Assembly: GCA_951406725.2 (NCBI GenBank)
Contig: OX597816.1
Coordinates: forward strand, 174,530,001-174,594,000
Origin: Octopus vulgaris
Lineage: Eukaryota
Length of the DNA stretch: 64,000 nucleotides
Direction of reading: 5' to 3'
Part shown: positions 24,901 through 33,900 of the stretch, piece by piece
Position numbering within the stretch: position 1 is the stretch's first letter
Layout: the number at the start of each line of letters is the position of its first letter
The notes under the pieces: model-generated
Database searches by the model: none
Told to the model about the DNA's origin: nothing
The model's input: the letters and a program-made list of their open reading frames with translations, nothing else
Position numbers and translations under genes: made by a program

Positions 24901-27900
24901 TTAAACACTATTATTGTGATAAAAATAAATTTCTGTCTGAGAAAAGTAATGATATATAAAAAAAAAAAGCCGAAATATTGTTCTGTACTGTTTCAGAAAC
25001 AGTAAGAACATGTAAAATGAAATATAAAACCATTTGGCTGTAGATAGATTTCCCTAAATGATTAAAATGCCAGTCTGCTACTTAAAAAATGTAAACGCAT
25101 ATATATTAGTTTGATTTCAATTAATATTCAGAACCTTTTAAATTAAACCATAAAAAACGTTTTGTTCTGTTTTGTAACAATAGCAAAATTTGGAGCCTTC
25201 TGAGGAACTAGAAAGCATCAGAGAACTACGTGATATTGCCAGTAGTGGGAATTTAAATGCTCAACTCACCCTTTGCCATTACTACGCTTCATCAAAGTTT
25301 GGTGGTCTTCATCAAACCCAAGCTGCTGCTTTCATACGGGATTTTGTGCACTCCTCAAAATCTTCCTCAATTCAAAAGATATTCCGATGCAATCATGAAC
25401 TTACACCAAATATGAGGTAATTTCAGGCTCCTAACCTCTTTTTGCATGTCAAAAGGCAGTTTTTATATTTACTTTTTTTTTTTTTTTTTTTTTTCCTTTC
25501 ATATTGGTTCACTGTTACTTTAACAGTCATGCACTTCTGGGTAGCTGCCACATCTTCATTAAACTGTGCTTCTACCTACTCCTTTTTCATACCAAATCAA
25601 TGACTGCTTATCTATCATTGAAGCTGCAGTGATTCCAGCTATTTATTAACATTAGTTTTAGTTTTGTTCATCTACAGTCTTTCCAGATTTTAAACGTCCC
25701 TAACAGATCTTTGATTCTGCTCTAAGATCCAGATCATCTGCAAATGGGCTCCACCCATGGACAGACAATTTCTGCTGTTAGGGTTTCTTGAACTTTGATG
25801 AAGATGAGAAGGCTCAGGATAGAGCCTTGATGAACTTCAAATTGCTCACCATATGGTCAGTCCTGACCTTGTAGTTCCCTCATACATGAACTTGACAGCT
25901 CTCATGAGCCACCCTGTCAGATACTTTATTTAAATCTAGAAAGGTGAGATATTATTATTTATTCAACACAAATGTTTCCTTTGTAGATGTTTCATTAAGG
26001 ATGTTACTTGTTGCAACAATAACTGTTTTTTAGTCATCAGTTCAAATATTCACTTCCAGGTACATCTTGGTTGATTGGCTTGTGGAAGTTGCTGAAATGA
26101 AAGAATTGTCTAGTCAGACTTTGCATGCCTCCATTGCTTTGATGGATCGATATTTAAAAATCCACCCAACTTCCAGAGGGATCTTGCAGCTTCTTGGTGT
26201 GGTGTCAATGTTAGTTTGTTCAAGGTGAGTCTTTTCCACTTGTCAGTATTTTGAGTAGTGCATGCCATTTACTGTTAATGTACAGAAATATGATAAACTG
26301 TGAACTAGGTACAGGTGGTGAAACCTTTGCTTCCCAACTACATGGTTCTATACCACTGCATGGCACCTAGGCCAAGGGTCTTACTATAGCTCAGGCAATG
26401 AGTGGATTTGGTAGACAGAAATTTAAAGAAACCCATCACGGGTGTGTGTGTCTCTGTGTGCTTGTCCACCACCACCACCACTTGACAACCAATGTTGGTG
26501 TGTTTATGTCCTTGTGACTTAGCAGCTTGGTAAAAGAGACTGATAGAATAAGTACTGGGGTTGATTTGTTCAACTAAAATTCTGCATGGTGGTATACCAA
26601 CATGGTTGTAGTGTAATGACTGAAGACAGCTCTAGAACCTAACACATGCATTCTTCAATGTCTCTGGGAAGATGGTTTTTTTTTTTTGCATACACACTTG
26701 TGTTGCCTATCTCTATATTAATAAACTTTCTACTCTTAGTTTCACCTCCTTATACAGAGATGATGCAAAGATTTGTTTTATATGTAGCAAATTTATCTCC
26801 TATTAAGATGTTTAGAGGATGAGACACAAATGAAGTAGAATGTTGTAGCTCGTTTGAAACGTGTCAATTTATGTTTCAGTGACTAATAAAAAACAATTTC
26901 TAACTTGAGTACAACATGGTCCACAGTTGATATCTAGTTTATTATTAACCTGAGACAAATAAAAGGCAAAATTAACTTGAGTACGGTTATATAACACTTG
27001 GTATTCTATCCACTACTCTACAAATTTTGCCAGCAAGCTAAGACATTTCTTATTTATGTACTTGTATATATTTTTAAAACTCTTCACACATTTTCTTTCT
27101 TCCTTCTTTAGATATTTAGGTAAAGATATAATTACAATTCGTGAAGCAGCTTGGTTAACTGATAACACATACAAATATGAAGATGTTGTGAAAATGATGG
27201 GGGAAATTGTAGCCACCTTAAAAGGCAGTATCAGGGTAAGTAATACCTTTGTTTTTGTCCCCCCCCCTCCCAAGTGTAAGTAATACCCTTATATTTACCA
27301 AAAACAAAGCTAAAGTTTATTTTAAGGTTGTCACAACTTTATGGCTGAGGCAGTGACAAACAGCTTCTGGTCTTGAAAGTTTCATTTCTTTGATATTTTG
27401 CATACTTGCAGATGCAAGTGCTAGGCTCCGCATACCGGATAGTAGAAAGTTTATGGGGTCATCAGGGAAGAACGCACAGTGTTTCGGGGCCTGCCTCCCA
27501 ACTGTATCATTGTGCACTTGCTAGATCAACTGGTTGTCCGGTTTTGCTCAGTATTCTTCTAGCCATTATCTAAGCTTTTGTAAATTTAACTTTTTGTCAG
27601 TGTGTGACTGTTTTCAAATTAAGATCTGTTTCTTTCTTTCAGAGACCAACAAGTCTTGACTTTGCAGCAATATTTTGTTTGTTAGATGAGGTGGATTCAG
27701 TCAGTCATAATTTGGTCAATTACATCTGTGAACTCTGTTTACTCCATTCAGAGTTGGGTCAATACTCAGCTGCAGAGATGGCAGCAAGTGCTTTCATTCT
27801 GTCTCGCATCATATTAAAGTCTGGTAGGTCACCTCTTGCTTCTACTTATCTTAGTATATTGTTCTTTAGCTATTCTAGTTGTACGCATCCTTTACTTTTT

Positions 27901-30900
27901 CTCATAAGCGACCTATGTAAGGCTTGTAACTGCCCCCCCCCCCCCTCTGTGCTAACAATTCTCATGTTATACATAGTCACATTTTTTATTTTTCTGATAA
28001 AAGCAAGATAGCTTCTACATAGTCACTTGAAATAGCAGTTACATCTCTATTATTACCCTTTTGTTTTAAATAAGCAGAAGGGTACATTTGATAATATGCT
28101 ACTGTATGGAGGACCATATGCCCTGATAGTGACTTGGAATTGGTCTGCTGGACCAGGGCCAACCTTGGGCTAATTAACAGCAACTTTGATTTCACCAAAA
28201 TTCTCCATGATAAAGAAGCTGGTGTTACATCTAAGAGCCACTTTATGTGACTCTTGCCTACACTTAAAATTGATTAGTGTAGATTGAAAAAGATTTAGGC
28301 CAATGGGGGAGTGGCCAGTTTTTTATTACCTCTAGCACTTTATAGGTAAAACAGTGTTTTGTACCCTGGGTTAAATATTTTTAGGGTATAGGCGTAGGAG
28401 TGGCTGTGTGGTAAGTAGCTTGCTTACCAACCACGTGGTTCCGGGTTCAGTCCCACTGCGTGGCACCTTGGGCAAGTGTCTTCTACTATAGCATCGGGCC
28501 GACCAATGCCTTGTGAGTGGATTTGGTAGACGGAAACTGAAAGAAGCCCGTCGTATATATGTATATATATATATATGTGTCTGTGTTTGTCCCCCCAACA
28601 TCGTTTGAAAACCGATGCTGGTGTGTTTATGTCCCTGTAACTTGCAGTTCGGCAAAAGAGACCGATAGAATAAGTACTGGGCTTACAAAGAATAAGTCCT
28701 GGGGTCGATTTGCTCGACTAAAAGGCGGTGCTCCAGCATGGCCACAATCAAATAACTGAAACAAGTAAAAGAGTAACAACTGGATGTATAAGTATACATA
28801 TTTAAAGAATATTGTTTGTGTCTTGTAAGATTTTGAATTACTCTTTTGAAAGCTCTTTGTATCTTGAAGTACATTTCTTATGCAGATCTCCTATGGCCAG
28901 AAAAAATGGTACTGTTTACTGGAGTTTGTCTTCGGGATCTTAGTGCTTGTGTTATACACATACATAGAAAGTGGTATGTATTTTTTGTCTGTTCCTTCTA
29001 TGATAGATCTTACAAGCAACGGGAACTTTTAACTGTTTGGGTTTCATAGCTTAAAGCACTAGTGGTCATATAGCTTCCCTGAAAGTTCCCATTTGAATGT
29101 AAATAGTTAATTTGTAGACATTGATATTTCTGTTAGCATTCTATTCAGCCATAGTGTTAATGCTTGTTGGGCAAACTAGATCAAACAATTATGTGCTGTC
29201 TTAAGGATTGACCATGTCTAGTCTAGCACCTTGACTTTTCTACTAATGTGTTGCTTTAAATTATGGTTTGTTGACAGTAAAAATATAGACTAATTCAGAG
29301 TGTAGTCAATGTTTTGAGCTATTGGGACAGGGATATGTTGGATATAAATTGTCTATAGAAAAGATTTGCTTTTATTTATATTAAACGAATTCCAATTTAT
29401 TTTTCTCTATTCAGTTTTTTTGAGGGTGTTGTTATTGACCATCGGGATGTTGTCTTGCAAGCTGTCAAACTACGATATAGTAATGAAAATTTTGATAAAG
29501 TTAGTGATAGAACGGTAAGTTGACAGGTTTTCTGTTAAGCTTTAAATGTTTGTACTGTAAATTATTTAATATATGCTATTGGCCAGCATTCCTACCAGAA
29601 AGACTTTTTGTTTCTGTATTTTCACTGATGAGAGCTTAAGCCTTTTGTTACCAAATTTCTGTTGAAATACATTGTTTTGTTTCAGTTACTTTTGAAAATA
29701 ATGATGAATTCAGTAAAATACGATGGTGTTTGGAACATAATATAAAATTTTGATGTAAAGCTATTGATTTGAATAACTGGAAGTTTGTAATCACAGAACC
29801 AGGGGCTGTCTCGGGCAGGCTGGCATTGTATCAATAAGGTTAAAAAATTCTAAAATATAGTTTAGCACTCTATGATATAGAGTGAATTCTAATAGTGAAT
29901 GAATACATTGTCTGATATTGGCTAAAGATTTTGAATTTTTGCTTACATAAAAAGCACCATCCGTTCGTGGCCGTTGCCAGCCTCGCCTGGCCCCCGTGCC
30001 GGTGGCACGTAAAAAGCATCATCCGTTCATGGCCATTGCCAGCCTAGCCTGGCCCCCGTGCCGGTGGCACATAAAAAGCACCATCCGATCGTGGCCGTTT
30101 GCCAGACTCGTCTGGCACCTGTGCGGGTGGCATGTAATAGCACCCACTACACTCTTGGAGTGGTTGGCGTTAGGAAGGGCATCCAGCCGTAGAAACATTG
30201 CCAGATCAAACTTGGCCTGATGCAGCCTTCTGGCTTCCCAGACCCCAGTTGAACCGTCCAACCCATGCTAGCATGGAAAGCGGACACTAAACGATGATGA
30301 TGATGAAGGGAATAGGGTACAATTCCAAATCTAACACTTGTCAGCACTTATAATTTTTAATAGTATTTAAGCCTCTTCCTTCAATACTGCTCCCCCCTTT
30401 CCCAGCCGAGGGTCTTTGTCTTACACAGTTACTTGGTGACCCTGCCCGTGCTGGTACCATGCGAAAAGCATCCAGTACACTCTGTGCAGGTATGGTTGTC
30501 TGGTAAGAAGCTTACTTCCAAGTCACATGATCTTGGTCCAATCCCACTGCATTTTGGGCAAGTGTCTCCTACTATAACTCTGGACCAGCCAAAGCCTTAT
30601 TAGTGGATTTGGTAGAAAGAAACTGAAAGTTTATCATATATGTATGTGTTATGTGCGTTACTGTCCTTGCTTTGGTGTCATGCGATAGTTATAAACGGGA
30701 ATCTCACCATGCAAGCTAGCACTGTCCTTCATTTTGGTCATGGAGAATATTACCTTACTTGGAAATAGGCATGGGTTGGCAACAAGAGCAGCATTCAGTT
30801 GTAGAAAATCCACTTCAACAAATTTCATCCATCCATGCAAGCATGGAAAAGTAGACATTTAACAATGCTGATGATTTGAGTTGGGTTTGTTGACAGTAAA

Positions 30901-33900
30901 AATATAGACTAATTCAGAGTGTAGGCAATGTTCTGAGCTATTGGGACAGGGATATGTTGGATATAAATTGTCTATAGAAAGGATTTGCTTTTATTTATAT
31001 TAAACAAATTCCAATTTATTTTTCTCTATTCAGTTTTTTTTAGGGTGTTGTTATTGACCATCGGGATGTTGTCTTGCAAGCTGTCAAACTACGATATAGT
31101 AATGAAAATTTTGATAAAGTTAGGTGCTCTTACATGGCTGGAGGTAGAAACCTGTCTGGTCATGGGGAGTATTACCTTATTTGGAAATAGGGGAGGGTTG
31201 GCAACAGAAACAGCATTCAACTGTAGAAAATCCACCTTAATTTTATCCAAGCATGGAAAAGTGGGCATTAACCCTTTTGATGCCAGCCTGGCCACAGCTG
31301 ACCCAAAAAGTTTTTGGCTCAAACGACCAATCCAGCCAAGAAAAGCCATTGTTATATAAATGTGAATTTCAGCACAAATCTTGTTCGTACATTCGTGAAA
31401 ACACGTAATTTCACTTAGTAAATAATAGAGTTGTAGTATCTGACGTGATATCTGAACTCTATGAATTTTGGGATTTTTTCTTCAGCGATTTTTTTTTTTT
31501 TTTTTTTAACTTTTAAAATGGATAGGAATTCATGCTATCAAGCAGTGATTCCGAGTTTAAGGGCTTTTAACGGAAGATATGGAGAAATCGAGCAAAAGTA
31601 TGAATCAACTACAAAAGCACGTAGTGTATGAAAACAAACCTGATATTCTGTATCCGAAACTAAAAGCGGCAACAGTGAGGACGATTTTACACTTGAATGG
31701 AGTAAGAGGTTAAAAATATTTTTATCAGCAATTTTTCTGAGGAGATTGGATCTGCTCAGTCTTTCTCAGGAAGCAAAACAATTAGACTTTTTTTCGTATT
31801 TTTTCCAGTAGGTTTGTTTGAAGCCATCACTGTGGAAACAGACCGTTACTCTGATACAAATTACTGGAACAATAAGGAACCTTTTGGTGATCAATATATT
31901 TCCAGTATTATGTCAAGGACATGACTTGTGGAATTGAACCATCATCGACTGCATTCAAAACGCATATAAAACACTCAACAACCCTGATAGATACCTATCC
32001 GTCGATGAGGGCATGGTGAGGTATAAAGGAAGGGTATGCTTCCGACAATATATGCCAGGAAAGCCCACCAAATGGAGGATCAAAGTTTGGAAAATTTGCA
32101 GAGCAAATACTGGGTACTGCTGTGGGTTTAGTTTTTATACTGGGGAAAAGAGACAATAATGTTAGTCGGCCTGGGGTATGATGTGGTCTGGAATTTCTCA
32201 CCTCCATACCATAAGCAGGGCCATATAATGTTTTTTGACTTTTTTTTTTCTCTTTTCTTTTTGGTTTGGTCGACCTTGCGGTGGGTTTAGAAACTGTGAT
32301 ATGTTCATGTGTGCTACAGTAATTGCTAGTAGACAAAGCTTCTGTTGGCTATAAAAAACGCAAAATTGCCCCCCCAAAAAAAGGGTGAAGTAATCCAACA
32401 GCAGAAAGGAAGTCTGCTAGCGGCCGCATAGAGAGATAAGGGGCAGATGAATTTTATATCTACCAGTGCATGGACATGTGTAGATGAAAATGGCACCCTG
32501 TTTATGAACCTTGATTATAACAGGTACATGGGCAATGTAGATCGGTGAAACCAAATGATGAGTTATCTGGTTGGTAGACTGGGTTATAAATGGTAGCGAT
32601 ACCTGGTTTGATATATAGTAAACATGAGCATTGTATATGCATTTATATTACCGTATTTTAATGTGTATAAGGAACCTTTTTTTGTCAAAAGTTAGGTTCA
32701 GAAAGTATGGGAGTTTCTTATACATGGATAGTATTAGAATCTCTTACAAAACCTTTTCCAAATTTTAAGCCTCAAAAATGAGGGGGTTCTTTATACACGT
32801 TAAGATACGGTATATACCAAATCAGAAGGGGCTCAAAAGCAGTGTGACCATCTGTAGTTCTGAACAGATGTAGCAATACAGTTGGAGGCAGGTTATTCCT
32901 CCAAAACAATAACTGTTGGAAGGAAAAGCAAAATCGAATTTACTTTTTAACTTTTATTTGTCTGCAAGGTGAGTGATGAGTTTTGATTTCATTTCTATTG
33001 TAAATCTTTATTATATATGTTCTTGTGTATTCTTTTTTTTTTTTTTTTTGCTTTCTTTAAAAACAAGTTCCAGTATTTCATTTTATTTTACTTTTACCTG
33101 TTATGTGCATTAGATTAAACTGATAATCTAGTATTGTGCACAATTTTTCTATATTAAAATTTTGTTGCATATCCAATTGACTCATTTTCTGTGGTGATGT
33201 TTCAACAAAATTTATTTTTATATTTTGCTGAATTTACCTGCAATTAGTCACTTTGAGACTAAAGTTATGCAATAGAATTAAGAACCCTTTCTTCAGCTAT
33301 GTTCCCAAAATCACGTTAATATGTTAAATAAAAAAAAAGTTACAGTTTAATGAAACTAGTCTAAATTCATGATTTTAAAATTTCATTGAAATTCAAGGGG
33401 TATATTTTGGTTAGAAATCTAGTAAGGAAGGGGTTAAACAATGCTGGTGATTTGAATTAGGGTGTTATTACTAGGTGCTATTATTATATGGCTGGAGGTG
33501 AAGAAAAGGTTGCAGTGGACTAGGAGAATGTGAATCATCCACTAATGTAGATGAAGAACTTAGAGTAAAGAGGTTCCTTTGTAGCTGGATCTAAACCAGG
33601 TGAAGTCAATTATGTGGTGGCTTTTTTATATACAACTAGCAGTATCGCTCGGGTTTGTAAGGGAAATAACTATATAAGCATTTTTAGAGATGTAAAGTAT
33701 AATAGCCATCTCAATATGGCTAACCACAAGTGGGGGGGGGGTTACTGTAGCTTTTTACGTTCTGAGATTTAATAAATTTTTAGAGAGTTACTTCCCTTAT
33801 ATATGCCAAAATTGCATTAAAAATGGGAAAAATTGATGGTAAATTTTTTTTTTTAATCGTAGATTCATCGTAGACGCGCGCTAATACCCAGAAGGGCTCG

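Noticed and set aside
29948-30140. CRISPR-like regularly spaced palindromic repeats
   Set aside because: The units are contiguous tandem copies with no unique spacers, there are no cas genes, and the context is a eukaryotic retroposon.
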